A DNA stretch of 64,000 bases. Origin: an uncultured Chloroflexia bacterium (lineage in GTDB: Bacteria; Chloroflexota; Limnocylindria; Limnocylindrales; CSP1-4). This document shows, in pieces, positions 28,965 to 39,593 of this stretch; position 1 is the stretch's first letter; each line of letters starts with the position of its first letter. The stretch is from positions 1 to 64,000 of the forward strand of contig CAVRGP010000015.1 of NCBI GenBank assembly GCA_963720755.1. Direction: 5' to 3'. The translations under genes and the position numbers were made by a program. The notes beneath the pieces are model-generated. The model worked only from the letters and a program-made list of their open reading frames with translations, had not been told where the DNA came from and did not search any database.

Positions 28965-29471
28965 CTACGCGGTTTCGGCGACGACAATCCGCGCCGATGT
29001 GGTCCGGTTGATCGCCCGGGAGGGCTCGGCATCGCCCTCGGCCAACTGCTCGAGGGCGCCTGCCGGGTGGAGGTCTGGTGGGATCACGATCGTCGACGCG
29101 CCCCGATCGCGAGCGTAGTCGGCCAGAGCCTCGGCGCCGGGCTTCGACGGTAGCCATGCGACCGCGTCGACGCCTCGGGCCAGGGCTTCCTCGACCTGGC
29201 GGGCGATCGGCGCCCGGCCCGCGGTCTCGAGGTCGTGTGGCTCGAGGTCGTGTGGCGTTCGCTCTTTGGTGCCGTCGCCCGACCAGTCGGACGGAAGCGG
29301 ATCGCCCAGGACCGTGGCGGCGTCCCAGTCGTAGAGCAGTAGTCGGGCGCCGTCCCGGATCGCCAGATCCATCGCGACGTGGCGGCACGGGGCGTAGCGG
29401 TCATCATCGGCGGTCACCGCGATGATCAACGAGGTTGCAGGGTTCGGCGTCGAAGACTTCGATCGTGTCAT
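28965..29471 (-). CDS. Universal stress protein-like
   Basis: IIAVT...AMDLA...ARLLLYD...EALADYARDRGASTIVIP...ARIVV USP layout. Confidence 0.6.
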   Translation of the reverse strand: MTRSKSSTPNPATSLIIAVTADDDRYAPCRHVAMDLAIRDGARLLLYDWDAATVLGDPLPSDWSGDGTKERTPHDLEPHDLETAGRAPIARQVEEALARGVDAVAWLPSKPGAEALADYARDRGASTIVIPPDLHPAGALEQLAEGDAEPSRAINRTTSARIVVAETA

Positions 29472-29740
29472 GCGCTGAGCATCGTGGCGGCCGGCTTGCT
29501 GTCCGACAAACAGGGCATCGTAGCGCGTGTCATCGGCATGGCACCGGTCAGCCCGTGATCTGCGAGAAAGTCGCAACGACAGTAGCGCCCGGGATGATGG
29601 CAGCAGGCTCGTTGGAGGCGGAAGATCGGGACCTGGGATCGCGTCCCATGGAACCATCGGGCGCTCACGGACGGTTCTCCGCACTAACCCGACCGACGCG
29701 ATCCATCGACTGGATATCGCGCTCGGAGGTGTTGTTCGCG

Positions 29741-31000
29741 ATGGCTGAGGATCCCCGGCCTGCCCCCACGTCGCTTCGAATCGCCCTCGTAGCCCCGCCC
29801 TTGAAGTCCGTTCCGCCGGTCGGCTATGGCGGGATCGAGCGTGTCGTCGCGGCGCTTGCCGAAGGGCTTCACGCTCGCGGCCACGAAGTCACGCTATTTG
29901 CGAGCGGCGACTCGGAGGCCGCCGGGACCATCGAGCCGACCGTCCCGGCCGCGCTGTGGGACAGCGGGTTCGTCGGTGATGCCACGTACCACCTGCAGCA
30001 CACGGCAGCGCGGGTGTGGGATCAGGCGGAGCAATTCGACATCATCCATTCCCATCTCGAGCACCACGGGTTCGCCCTCGCGCGACACTGTCCGACGCCG
30101 GTCGTCAGCACGCTCCACGGCCGGCTCGACGATCCAGGCCTGCTCGAGCTGTTGGCCGAATACGACGACATCCCATTGGTTGCGATCAGCGACAACCAGC
30201 GCCGCTGGCAGCCAGACCTGAGTTGGGTGGGGACCGTCCACCACGGACTCCCGTTGGCATCGATGCCCTTCCGTCGCCGACCCGGAAACCACCTGGCCGT
30301 CATCGGCAGGATCTCGCCATTGAAGGGCATCGCCGAGGCGATCGAGCTGGCCAGGATGACTGGCCTGCCGCTTGACATCGCGGCCAAGGTTCACCAGCCC
30401 GAGGAGCACGAGTTGTTCGCGAGCCTGGTCCAGCCGGCCATCGATGACGGGACCGTGCTCTTCCACGGTGAGCTGCCGCCCGAAGGTCGCGATCCGCTCC
30501 TGGCGGGTTCGCTGGCGACGCTCATGCTCGGTGGCTGGCCGGAACCGTTCGGGCTGGTCGCGATCGAATCCCTCGCAACGGGGACGCCGGTCATCGCCCG
30601 TCGAGCCGGCGCCTTGCCCGAGATCGTCGAGCCGGGCATCGACGGGTTCCTCGTGGACGACGTCATCGAAGCCAGGGCCGCCCTCGAACGGGTTCCCGCG
30701 CTGGACCGCGAGCGGATCAGGGCTCGAGCCCTGGAACGGTTCTCGACCGAACGGATGACCCTTGATTACGAGGCGGTGTACGAGCGTGTCCTGGCGTCGA
30801 GGCCGCGTACGGTGCCACAGCCGTTGAAGGACGACAGCCGACGAGCGGGACATGACGAAGCCTGGCCGCTGGCCGCTGCGAGTGGCGCCGCGGACGTGCT
30901 GGCTCGCCCCGCCGCGCCACGGTCACTTGACGGCCGCCCGCCGCGAACGACGGGAACCGCTCCGACGCCGGTGGCGACCGCGATCGGCAGCCGCCGCTGA
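29741..31000 (+). CDS. Glycosyltransferase family 4
   Basis: VPPVGYGGIERVV, GHEVTLFASGDS, GRISPLKG, WPEPFGLVAIESLATGTPVI. Confidence 0.92.
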   Translation: MAEDPRPAPTSLRIALVAPPLKSVPPVGYGGIERVVAALAEGLHARGHEVTLFASGDSEAAGTIEPTVPAALWDSGFVGDATYHLQHTAARVWDQAEQFDIIHSHLEHHGFALARHCPTPVVSTLHGRLDDPGLLELLAEYDDIPLVAISDNQRRWQPDLSWVGTVHHGLPLASMPFRRRPGNHLAVIGRISPLKGIAEAIELARMTGLPLDIAAKVHQPEEHELFASLVQPAIDDGTVLFHGELPPEGRDPLLAGSLATLMLGGWPEPFGLVAIESLATGTPVIARRAGALPEIVEPGIDGFLVDDVIEARAALERVPALDRERIRARALERFSTERMTLDYEAVYERVLASRPRTVPQPLKDDSRRAGHDEAWPLAAASGAADVLARPAAPRSLDGRPPRTTGTAPTPVATAIGSRR

Positions 31001-32109
31001 TGACGTCGGCAGGCCCCCGCATCGAAAGCCTGGACGTCACCGTCTATCGGGTTCCCACGGACGCCCCCGAGTCCGACGGGACACTCGCCTGGGATGCGAC
31101 GACCATGATCGTCGTCGAGACCGAGGCAGGCGGATGTCGTGGGCTTGGCTATTCGTACGCTGACGGATCCGCCGGTCGGCTCATCGTCGACACGCTGCGG
31201 CCCGTCGTGGTCGGTCGAGACGCCTGGGATATCGCCGGGACCTGGTCGTCGCTCGTCGGGGCGGTCCGGAACGTCGGCCGGCCGGGGATCGGATCCACGG
31301 CGATCTCGGCCATCGACAACGCCTTGTGGGATCTGAAGGGCAAGCTACTGGGTCTGTCCCTGGCCGATCTCCTGGGACGAGCCAGGGATTCCGTGGAGGC
31401 CTACGGGAGCGGCGGGTTCTGTTCCTATGACGATGGTCGGCTGGCGGAGCAACTGGGCGGCTGGGCCGCCGATGGCTTCGGTTCGGTCAAGATGAAGATC
31501 GGCCGTGACCCGTCCGTGGACCCAGCGCGAGTGGACGTCGCCCGCGATGCGATCGGCCGCGACGTCCGGCTGTTCGTCGATGCGAACGGTGCGCATGATC
31601 GGACGGCGGCCCTGGCCACCGCCGCCTGGCTCGCCGAACGGAGCGTGAGCTGGTTCGAGGAACCAGTCAGTTCCGACGACATCGCCGGGCTTCGGCTCCT
31701 CAGGGACCGTGCACCAGCGGGGATGGCGGTCGCGGCCGGCGAGTACGCCTGGGATCAGTTCGATCTCCAGCGGCTGCTCGAGGCCGGCGCCGTCGATGTC
31801 CTTCAGGCGGATGCGACCCGTTGCCTGGGAGCGACCGGTTTCCAGCTGGCCGGGGCCTTGTGTGAGACGTACAAGGTCCCGCTGTCGTCGCACTGTGCGC
31901 CGTCGATCCATCTCCACCTGATGTGTGCCGCCAGGCCGGCGTGGAATCTCGAATGGTTCCACGACCACGTTCGGATCGAGCGGCAGTTCTTCGACGGTTT
32001 CCGCGAACCCATCGACGGCCGGATCGCCCCGGACCGGTCACGGCCCGGGCTGGGCCTGGAACTCAAGGCGGTCGATGTCCAGCCGTACGTCGAATGGCAC
32101 AGCGCATGA
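31000..32109 (+). CDS. Mandelate racemase/muconate lactonizing (enolase superfamily) enzyme
   Basis: KMK, VDANG, WFEEP, AGEY, SHC, PGLGLE. Confidence 0.9.
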   Translation: MTSAGPRIESLDVTVYRVPTDAPESDGTLAWDATTMIVVETEAGGCRGLGYSYADGSAGRLIVDTLRPVVVGRDAWDIAGTWSSLVGAVRNVGRPGIGSTAISAIDNALWDLKGKLLGLSLADLLGRARDSVEAYGSGGFCSYDDGRLAEQLGGWAADGFGSVKMKIGRDPSVDPARVDVARDAIGRDVRLFVDANGAHDRTAALATAAWLAERSVSWFEEPVSSDDIAGLRLLRDRAPAGMAVAAGEYAWDQFDLQRLLEAGAVDVLQADATRCLGATGFQLAGALCETYKVPLSSHCAPSIHLHLMCAARPAWNLEWFHDHVRIERQFFDGFREPIDGRIAPDRSRPGLGLELKAVDVQPYVEWHSA

Positions 32110-35078
32110 CGACGGATCTCGCCGCGCCGCGGTCCCACCCGCCTCGCCCGCCGGCCGGCGACGCCGAGCGTCTCGTCGTGGACCTCCTGAACGCGGTCAG
32201 AGGCGAAGTCCGTTTCGATCCTGGCAGTCGGGCGCTCTATTCGACGGACGCCTCGAACTACCGACAGGTCCCGATCGGCGTCGTGATCCCGCGCGATACG
32301 GAGGATGTCGTTGCGGCCGTCGAGGTCTGCCGGAGCCATGACGTGCCCATCCTGTCGCGCGGCGGCGGGACGAGCCTGGCCGGCCAGACCTGCAATGTGG
32401 CGGTCGTCCTGGACCACTCGAAGTACAACGATGGCCTCATCGAATTGAACCCGGAGGAGCGGTGGGCCCGGGTCCGCCCCGGCCTGGTCCTCGACACGCT
32501 CCGAGATGCGGCCGAGAAGTACTCGCTCACGTTCGGACCGGACCCCGCGACCCATGACCACTGCACGCTCGGGGGGATGATCGGCAACAACTCGTGCGGC
32601 GTCCATTCGGTCTTCGCCGGCCGGACCGAGGACAACGTCCTGGAGCTGGAGGTCCTCACCTACGAAGGCGACCGGTTCCGGGTGGGGCCGACCGACGCCG
32701 GCGAGTTCGACCGGATCATGGCCGCGGGTGGTCGGCAGGCAGAGATCTACGCGGCGATGCGACAGCTGGCCGACGATCACGGGGACGAGATCCGGGCGCG
32801 ATACCCGGATATCCCACGTCGGGTCTCCGGCTACAACCTCCCGCAGCTGCTGCCGGAACACGGATTCGACGTCGCCAAGGCGCTCGTCGGTTCCGAATCG
32901 ACGCTGGTCACGGTCCTCGAGGCCAAGGTCCGTCTGGTGGAAAGCCCGCAGGGTCGGACGCTCGTGGCGGTGGGCTACGAGGATGTCTTCGCAGCGGCCG
33001 ACGACATCCCGGCGGTCATGGGATCAGGTTGCATCGCGTGCGAGGGCCTCGACGACAAGCTCGTCCGTGACGTGCGTCAACGCGGCGCGCATCTTGATGC
33101 GCTCGGTCTGCTGCCGCCCGGACGGGGGTTCCTCCTGGTCGAATTCGGTGGTCGTGACCGGAAGGAGTCGGATGACAAGGCCAACGGTTTCATCGATGCC
33201 CTGGGCAAGCGTCACAAGACCGCCACCGCCCGGCTGTACGACGACCCGGCGGATGAGGCGAAGCTCTGGAAGGTTCGCGAATCGGGTCTCGGCGCGACGG
33301 CCATGGTGCCGACCAAGCCGCTGACGGCTCCCGGCTGGGAGGATTCCGCTGCGCCGCCGGAACGCTTCGGAGACTATCTCCGAGCACTCCGGAAGTTGTG
33401 GGACCGCTACGGCTACGACGCAGACATGTATGGCCACTTCGGCCAAGGCGTTCTGCACTGCAGGATCGACTTCGGCCTGGAGACCGCCGACGGCCTGGCG
33501 ACCTTCCGCGACTACCTCGATGAAGCGGCCCAGCTGGTCGTGGAGATGGGCGGATCCCTCTCGGGCGAGCACGGCGACGGCCAGGCCCGAGGCTCGCTCC
33601 TGCCGATCATGTTCGGTGATGAGCTCGTGGGCGCCTTCGAGGATCTCAAGAGGATCTGGGATCCGGGTTGGCGGATGAACCCGGGCAAGGTCGTGCGCGC
33701 CGATCCGATCCTCGACCACCTCCGCCTCGGGACCGACTATGCACCGCCGGAGCCCAAGACCTGGTTCCGGTTCCCCGAGGACGACGGTTCGTTCGCCCAC
33801 GCTGCCCTTCGCTGTGTGGGTGTCGGGGAATGCCGGCGTCACGAAGGCGGCGTGATGTGTCCGAGCTACATGGTCACCCGCGAGGAACGGCACTCAACGC
33901 GCGGCCGGGCGCGGCTGCTCTTCGAGCTTCTCAACGGCCGAGAGCTTGACGGTGGATGGCGCAACGGCGACGTCGCGGAGGCGCTCGACCTGTGCCTCGC
34001 CTGCAAGGGATGCAAGGGAGATTGCCCCGTCGGCGTCGATATGGCGACCTACAAGGCGGAGTTCAGGGCGCATCACTACGCCGGTCGCCTCCGACCACGG
34101 GCCGCGTATTCGATGGGGCTCATCCACTGGTGGGCGGGATTCGCCGCTCGGATGCCTCGACTGGCCAATGGCCTGGCCCATGCACCGATCCTGGCCACGC
34201 TCGCCAAGGCGATCGGTGGGATCGCGCCCGAGCGCGAGATCCCGCGCTTCGCCGAACAGACATTCCGGACCTGGTGGGCCGACCGAGGCGGGGCCTGGGC
34301 ATCGTCTCGCGCTCCCGACCAGCGAGCCGATCGCCGGGTCATCCTGTGGGTCGACACCTTCAACGATCACTTCCATCCTGACGTCGCACGAGCGGCGGTC
34401 CGCGTTCTCGAGGATGCCGGCTGCGAAGTCGTGGTGCCGGAACGGGCCCTGTGTTGCGGCCGCCCACTCTACGACTGGGGCTTCCTCGGCCAGGCCAAAG
34501 GGCTGCTCAAGGCCATCCTCCGCGATCTCCGGGCGGAGATCCGGGCCGGGACTCCGATCATCGGGCTCGAGCCATCGTGCGTCTCGGTCTTCCGTGACGA
34601 GACACTGAACCTTCTCCACGGCGACGTCGACGGCCAGCGGATCGCGGCGCAGACGCACACCCTGACCGAGTATCTCGGTTCGCTCGATGGCTACCGCCCG
34701 CCACGGATCGAAGGTCGGGCCATCGTCCACGGTCATTGCCACCACCGTTCCGTGCTCGATTTCGAGTCGGAACTGACCGTGCTTCGCGCCACCGGCCTCG
34801 ACCTGGAAGTGCCAGACACTGGTTGCTGCGGCATGGCCGGCTCGTTCGGTTTCGAGCGCGGTGAGCACTACCGGGTGTCTGTCGCGGCCGGGGAGCGCGC
34901 GCTTCTGCCGGCCGTCCGGCGGGCGACCAGTGACACCTACATCGTGACCGGCGGCTTCAGTTGCCGGGAACAGATCGAGCAGTCGACCGATCGCACGGTC
35001 CTGCATCCGGCCCAGATCCTGGCGTTCGCCCTCGATGGGAACGACCCGGCACACACCAAGCGAGGAGGGCAGTCATGA
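32106..35078 (+). CDS. FAD-linked oxidoreductase with 4Fe-4S and CCG domains (YdiJ/GlcDF-like)
   Basis: RGGGTSLAGQ, GGMIGNNSCG, SGEHGDG, CVGVGEC, CLACKGCKGDCP, CCG motifs. Confidence 0.92.
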   Translation: MTTDLAAPRSHPPRPPAGDAERLVVDLLNAVRGEVRFDPGSRALYSTDASNYRQVPIGVVIPRDTEDVVAAVEVCRSHDVPILSRGGGTSLAGQTCNVAVVLDHSKYNDGLIELNPEERWARVRPGLVLDTLRDAAEKYSLTFGPDPATHDHCTLGGMIGNNSCGVHSVFAGRTEDNVLELEVLTYEGDRFRVGPTDAGEFDRIMAAGGRQAEIYAAMRQLADDHGDEIRARYPDIPRRVSGYNLPQLLPEHGFDVAKALVGSESTLVTVLEAKVRLVESPQGRTLVAVGYEDVFAAADDIPAVMGSGCIACEGLDDKLVRDVRQRGAHLDALGLLPPGRGFLLVEFGGRDRKESDDKANGFIDALGKRHKTATARLYDDPADEAKLWKVRESGLGATAMVPTKPLTAPGWEDSAAPPERFGDYLRALRKLWDRYGYDADMYGHFGQGVLHCRIDFGLETADGLATFRDYLDEAAQLVVEMGGSLSGEHGDGQARGSLLPIMFGDELVGAFEDLKRIWDPGWRMNPGKVVRADPILDHLRLGTDYAPPEPKTWFRFPEDDGSFAHAALRCVGVGECRRHEGGVMCPSYMVTREERHSTRGRARLLFELLNGRELDGGWRNGDVAEALDLCLACKGCKGDCPVGVDMATYKAEFRAHHYAGRLRPRAAYSMGLIHWWAGFAARMPRLANGLAHAPILATLAKAIGGIAPEREIPRFAEQTFRTWWADRGGAWASSRAPDQRADRRVILWVDTFNDHFHPDVARAAVRVLEDAGCEVVVPERALCCGRPLYDWGFLGQAKGLLKAILRDLRAEIRAGTPIIGLEPSCVSVFRDETLNLLHGDVDGQRIAAQTHTLTEYLGSLDGYRPPRIEGRAIVHGHCHHRSVLDFESELTVLRATGLDLEVPDTGCCGMAGSFGFERGEHYRVSVAAGERALLPAVRRATSDTYIVTGGFSCREQIEQSTDRTVLHPAQILAFALDGNDPAHTKRGGQS

Positions 35079-35569
35079 AGGTCCTCGACCTTACGAGTTC
35101 TGGCCCGCAGCGCGTCGTCGCGGCGATCTTCGACCCCGGCGACGATCCGATCGCCGGCCTGACCGACGCCGCACGCCGAAGTGGTATGGACGCTGCGCAT
35201 CTCACAGGTATCGGCGCGTTCGAGCACGTGACCGTCGGCTGGTTCGATCTGGAAGCTCGGGACTACCGAAAGATCGAGGTCACCGAACAGGTCGAGGTCC
35301 TGTCGCTTGTCGGGGATATCACTCGCGCCGGCGCCGGGTCCGACGAGCCGAAGGTCCACGTCCACGTGGTCCTCGGCCGATCCGATGGGACGGCGATCGG
35401 TGGCCACCTGCTCGGAGGCGCGGTCCGGCCGACCCTCGAGATCGTCATCTCAGAGACGCCGGCCCAGCTTCGGCGACGCCACGACCCGGATACCGGCCTC
35501 GCCCTGATCGACCTGGACCGATCCCGTGGCGTTGGCGAAGCGTCCCTGATCGAAGGAGGAACACGATGA
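35075..35569 (+). CDS. PPC/DUF296 domain protein
   Basis: EVLSLVGDI, HVHVVLG, GGHL, VRPTLEI. Confidence 0.9.
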   Translation: MKVLDLTSSGPQRVVAAIFDPGDDPIAGLTDAARRSGMDAAHLTGIGAFEHVTVGWFDLEARDYRKIEVTEQVEVLSLVGDITRAGAGSDEPKVHVHVVLGRSDGTAIGGHLLGGAVRPTLEIVISETPAQLRRRHDPDTGLALIDLDRSRGVGEASLIEGGTR

Positions 35570-37320
35570 CTCGGACTGCTGCAGACACGCTGATCGAGAC
35601 CCTGATCGAGTGGGGCGTCGACACGATCTTCGGACTCCCCGGCGACGGGATCAACGGGATCATGGAGTCGTTGCGGACCCACCGGGACGAGATCCGGTTC
35701 ATCCAGGTCCGCCACGAAGAAACGGCGGCATTCGCGGCGACGTCGTACGCGAAATTCACCGGTCGTCTCGGTGTCTGCCTGGCGACATCCGGGCCTGGCG
35801 GCCTGCACCTGATCAACGGTCTGTACGATGCCAAGCTGGACGGAGCATCGGTGCTCGCGATCACCGGTCATCACTACAGCGACCTGATCGACACGGCCCA
35901 GCAGCAGGACGTCGACCTGACCCGGGTCTTCGAGGATGTCACCGTCTACAACACCCGGGTCATGAACGCCGCTCACGTCGCGAACGTCGCACCGCTGGCC
36001 TGCCGCATGGCACTAGCCAGGCACGGCGTGGCGCACATCTGCTTCCCGACGGATCTGCAGTCCCTCGAGGCTGACGCGGGGCCGCGATCCAAGAGCGACA
36101 TCGCGGGACACAACAGCGACGTCATGGCGCGGTCATCGGGACAGCCCGCGGACGACGCCATCCTTCGGGCCGCCGAGATCCTTGACGCGGGATCGAAGGT
36201 CGCGATCCTGGCCGGGCGGGGAGCGATCGGCGCCGATGAGGTGCTCGAACGGATCGCAGACAAGTTGGCCGCTCCCATCATCACGCCGCTCCTCGGCAAG
36301 GGCGTCGTCCCCGACGACAGTCCGTTCGCGACCGGCACGATCGGGCTCCTCGGCACGAAGCCATCAGAGGACGCTCTCCGGGACTGCGACACCCTGCTCA
36401 TCGTCGGCAGTTCGTTCCCGTACATCGAGTTCTACCCGGAGCCCGGCAGGGCGCGGGCCATCCAGATCGACCTTGATCCGGGTCGCATCGGGCTGCGCTA
36501 TCCGGTGGAGGTCGGCCTGGTCGGGGACGTGGGGCGATCGTTGGAAGCGCTCGCTCCGAAGATCCGGGCGCACACGGATCGAGGCTTCCTGGAGCATGCG
36601 CAACAAGGGATGACCGAGTGGTGGGATCTCATGGCGGAACGCGAGGCACGGATGGACAGCCCGATGAAGCCGCAGCGGATCGTTGCCGAGATCAGCAAGC
36701 GACTCAGCGATGACGCGATCGTCGTCTCCGACTCGGGCACGATCACCACCTGGTTCGCTCGCCACATCAAGGCCAGGCGGGGTCAGCGATTCTCACTATC
36801 GGGCAATCTGGCCACGATGGCCTGTGGTCTTCCCTACGCGATCGGCGCGCAGGTCGCCCATCCGGACCGCGAGGTCGTCGCCATCGTCGGCGATGGCGGC
36901 TTGAGCATGTTGATGGCCGATTTCGCGACCGCCGTCAAGTACGGGCTCCCGATCAAGGTCTTCGTCATCAAGAACGACGTGCTGGGACAGATCAAATGGG
37001 AGCAGATGGTCTTCCTCGGCAACCCTGAGTACGGTGTCGAGTTGCATCCGATCGATTTCGCCAAAGTGGCCGAGGCGTGCGGTGGCACGGGGATCACGAT
37101 CGACGATCCCGAAGCGTGTCCCGACCAGGTCGAGGCGGCTCTGCGGACGAACGGCCCGGTCGTCATCGAGGCGGTGGTCGACCCACTCGAAGCGCCGATG
37201 CCAGCGCGAACGACGCGCGACCAGGCGATCCACTTCGCGGAGGCGCTGCTCCGTGGCCAGCCCGACCGGGTGGCGATCGCAACCCAGACCATGGGCCAGA
37301 AGATCCGCGAGATGGTATGA
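35566..37320 (+). CDS. TPP-dependent pyruvate oxidase/pyruvate:quinone oxidoreductase family
   Basis: FGLPGDGIN, VRHEE, TSGPG..HL.NGLYDAK, SGNLATMA, GDGG...N TPP motif. Confidence 0.9.
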   Translation: MTRTAADTLIETLIEWGVDTIFGLPGDGINGIMESLRTHRDEIRFIQVRHEETAAFAATSYAKFTGRLGVCLATSGPGGLHLINGLYDAKLDGASVLAITGHHYSDLIDTAQQQDVDLTRVFEDVTVYNTRVMNAAHVANVAPLACRMALARHGVAHICFPTDLQSLEADAGPRSKSDIAGHNSDVMARSSGQPADDAILRAAEILDAGSKVAILAGRGAIGADEVLERIADKLAAPIITPLLGKGVVPDDSPFATGTIGLLGTKPSEDALRDCDTLLIVGSSFPYIEFYPEPGRARAIQIDLDPGRIGLRYPVEVGLVGDVGRSLEALAPKIRAHTDRGFLEHAQQGMTEWWDLMAEREARMDSPMKPQRIVAEISKRLSDDAIVVSDSGTITTWFARHIKARRGQRFSLSGNLATMACGLPYAIGAQVAHPDREVVAIVGDGGLSMLMADFATAVKYGLPIKVFVIKNDVLGQIKWEQMVFLGNPEYGVELHPIDFAKVAEACGGTGITIDDPEACPDQVEAALRTNGPVVIEAVVDPLEAPMPARTTRDQAIHFAEALLRGQPDRVAIATQTMGQKIREMV

Positions 37321-39593
37321 GTGCCGTCGCATCGCGTTCTCGCTCGACGCACGCTCCGGAGGATCAGACGGACCAGAAGCGGAAGGTCCTCAAGCGGTCG
37401 CAGGCCTCGACCGTCCGGAGCATCAGCGATGCCGTCGTCATCAAGGACGGCGATCCGTTCTTCCTGTGCCCGCCCGATGGCCAGATCCCGCTGGATGGCG
37501 AGCATGGCTACGGATTGTTCCAGCATGACACGCAATTCCTGGCCGGTTACGAGGTCGAGATCCTCGGGACGGCTCCGGAGCCGCTGGCTGCGACGGCGGC
37601 CGCCGGTCGTGAGGCTATCCTGGAGCTGACCAATCCGAAGATCGACCTGGATGATGGCCGCTCCATCGGCAAGGATCGATTGTCGCTCCGCTGGACGAGG
37701 ACACTGGACGGTCAAGCCGCCTCCCTGACGGATGTCATCGAGGTCGCCAACCGCGACCCTGACGATGTCGAGCTGAACGTCCGGATCCGGATCGCCGCCG
37801 GGTTCCGGGACATCTTCGAGATCCGTGGTCTTCTCGAAGAACCTCCCGGGACGCGGCACGAGCCGGTCTTCGAGGACGGTCGCCTGGTCCTCGCGTTCGA
37901 TGGACGTGACCACGTCAGGCGCGTGCTCACGGCCGAGTTCGAGCCGACCCCCAGCGCACGCGATGGCAGCGAGGTTTCGATCGATCTCCCCGTATCGGGT
38001 CGTGGCAGTGGCCGGATCCGCGTCGTCTTCGCCATGGACGAGGCGGTCCCGGACGATGCTCCGCCCGTCGAGGGTGGCCCAAGTCGTCCAGAGCACGACC
38101 GCGCCTCAGCCGAGGGAACCCGCGAACCGGACCGCGACCGGTGGATCGGCGGGGGGGACTGGACCGTGTCCCTGAAAACGGACTCGCCGACGTTCGATGC
38201 GGTCATGGAGCGGTCCCTGGCTGACGTCGATCTGCTCCGGACGCGCTTGGACGGACACACGTATATCGGCGCCGGCCTGCCGTGGTTCTCGGCCCTGTTT
38301 GGTCGCGATTCACTGATCGTGGCGATGCAGATGCTCGCCTACGACGCGTCCATCGCAGCCGGAACGCTCCGGCTGCTGGCCGGGCGACAAGGGACCACGG
38401 TCGATGACTGGCGCGACGAGGAACCGGGCAGGATCCTTCACGAGTTGCGAGTCGGTGAACTGGCGAGACTGGGCCGGATCCCCCAGACGCCATATTTCGG
38501 GACGGTCGACGCGACCCCGCTCTTCCTGATCCTGCTGGTCGAGCACGCGCGTTGGACCGGCTCGCTGGATCTGTTCCACGAGCTCGAGGAGAACGTGGCG
38601 CGTGCGTTCGACTGGATCGATGAGCGCGAGGATGCCGACTCGAGGGGCTACCTCAGCTACGCGAGCACGTCGGACGGCGGTCTGGCCAACCAGGGTTGGA
38701 AGGACTCGGGCGATGGGATCGTCGATGGCGAAGGGCGCATCGCCAGACCGCCGATCGCGCTGGCCGAAGTCCAGGGCTACGTCTATGCGGCCCGTACCGG
38801 GATGGCTGCGCTCTTCGAGCGGGCCGGGGATGCCGATCGGGCCAGGGTGCTGCGGGAACAGGCGAACCGTCTGGCGCAGCAATTCGAGCGTGACTTCTGG
38901 TCGGACGATCTCGAAGCGTACGTGCTGGCCCTGCAGGGCGATGGATCGGCCTGCTCCGTGGTCAGTTCCAATGCGGGCCAGGTCCTCTTCTCCGGCATCG
39001 CCTCGGACGACCATGCCGGCCGGATCGGCCGTCGCCTGTTCGCCTCGGACATGTACAGCGGCTGGGGCATCCGGACGCTGTCCTCCGATGCCGTCGCGTA
39101 CAACCCGGTCGGGTACCACCTCGGCACCGTTTGGCCGCATGACAACAGCCTGATCGCCGCCGGCCTGCGGCGGTATGGCAACGACGCCGGTGCCAGTCGG
39201 ATCATGGGCTCGCTCGTGGCGGCCGCCGGGGACTTCGAGCATGCGCGCCTCCCTGAGTGCTTCGCCGGGATGTCGCGCCCTGACTTCGGCATCCCGGTCC
39301 GCTATCCGGTGGCGTGCCATCCGCAAGCCTGGGCGGCCGGCAGCGTGCCCTACCTGTTGATCGTCAACCTTGGTTTGCGACCGACGGCATTCGAGCAGCG
39401 GCTGGAGGTGATCCGTCCGCAGCTGCCCGAGTTTCTCGATGAGGTCCGGATGCGAGGGCTCGCCATCGGTTCGGCCTCGGTTGACCTCGTGTTTCGCCGT
39501 GTCGGCGGCAGCACCGATGTCGCCATCGAGCGAATCGACGGTGAGTTGGATGTGTCCGTGGAGCCGGCAACGCCAAAGGAGGGATCGCGATGA
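37317..39593 (+). CDS. Second glycogen-debranching-like glycoside hydrolase
   Basis: AGLPWFSALFGRDS, EPGRILHE, NQGWKDS, YHLGTVWPHDN, ACHPQAW. Confidence 0.9.
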   Translation: MSAVASRSRSTHAPEDQTDQKRKVLKRSQASTVRSISDAVVIKDGDPFFLCPPDGQIPLDGEHGYGLFQHDTQFLAGYEVEILGTAPEPLAATAAAGREAILELTNPKIDLDDGRSIGKDRLSLRWTRTLDGQAASLTDVIEVANRDPDDVELNVRIRIAAGFRDIFEIRGLLEEPPGTRHEPVFEDGRLVLAFDGRDHVRRVLTAEFEPTPSARDGSEVSIDLPVSGRGSGRIRVVFAMDEAVPDDAPPVEGGPSRPEHDRASAEGTREPDRDRWIGGGDWTVSLKTDSPTFDAVMERSLADVDLLRTRLDGHTYIGAGLPWFSALFGRDSLIVAMQMLAYDASIAAGTLRLLAGRQGTTVDDWRDEEPGRILHELRVGELARLGRIPQTPYFGTVDATPLFLILLVEHARWTGSLDLFHELEENVARAFDWIDEREDADSRGYLSYASTSDGGLANQGWKDSGDGIVDGEGRIARPPIALAEVQGYVYAARTGMAALFERAGDADRARVLREQANRLAQQFERDFWSDDLEAYVLALQGDGSACSVVSSNAGQVLFSGIASDDHAGRIGRRLFASDMYSGWGIRTLSSDAVAYNPVGYHLGTVWPHDNSLIAAGLRRYGNDAGASRIMGSLVAAAGDFEHARLPECFAGMSRPDFGIPVRYPVACHPQAWAAGSVPYLLIVNLGLRPTAFEQRLEVIRPQLPEFLDEVRMRGLAIGSASVDLVFRRVGGSTDVAIERIDGELDVSVEPATPKEGSR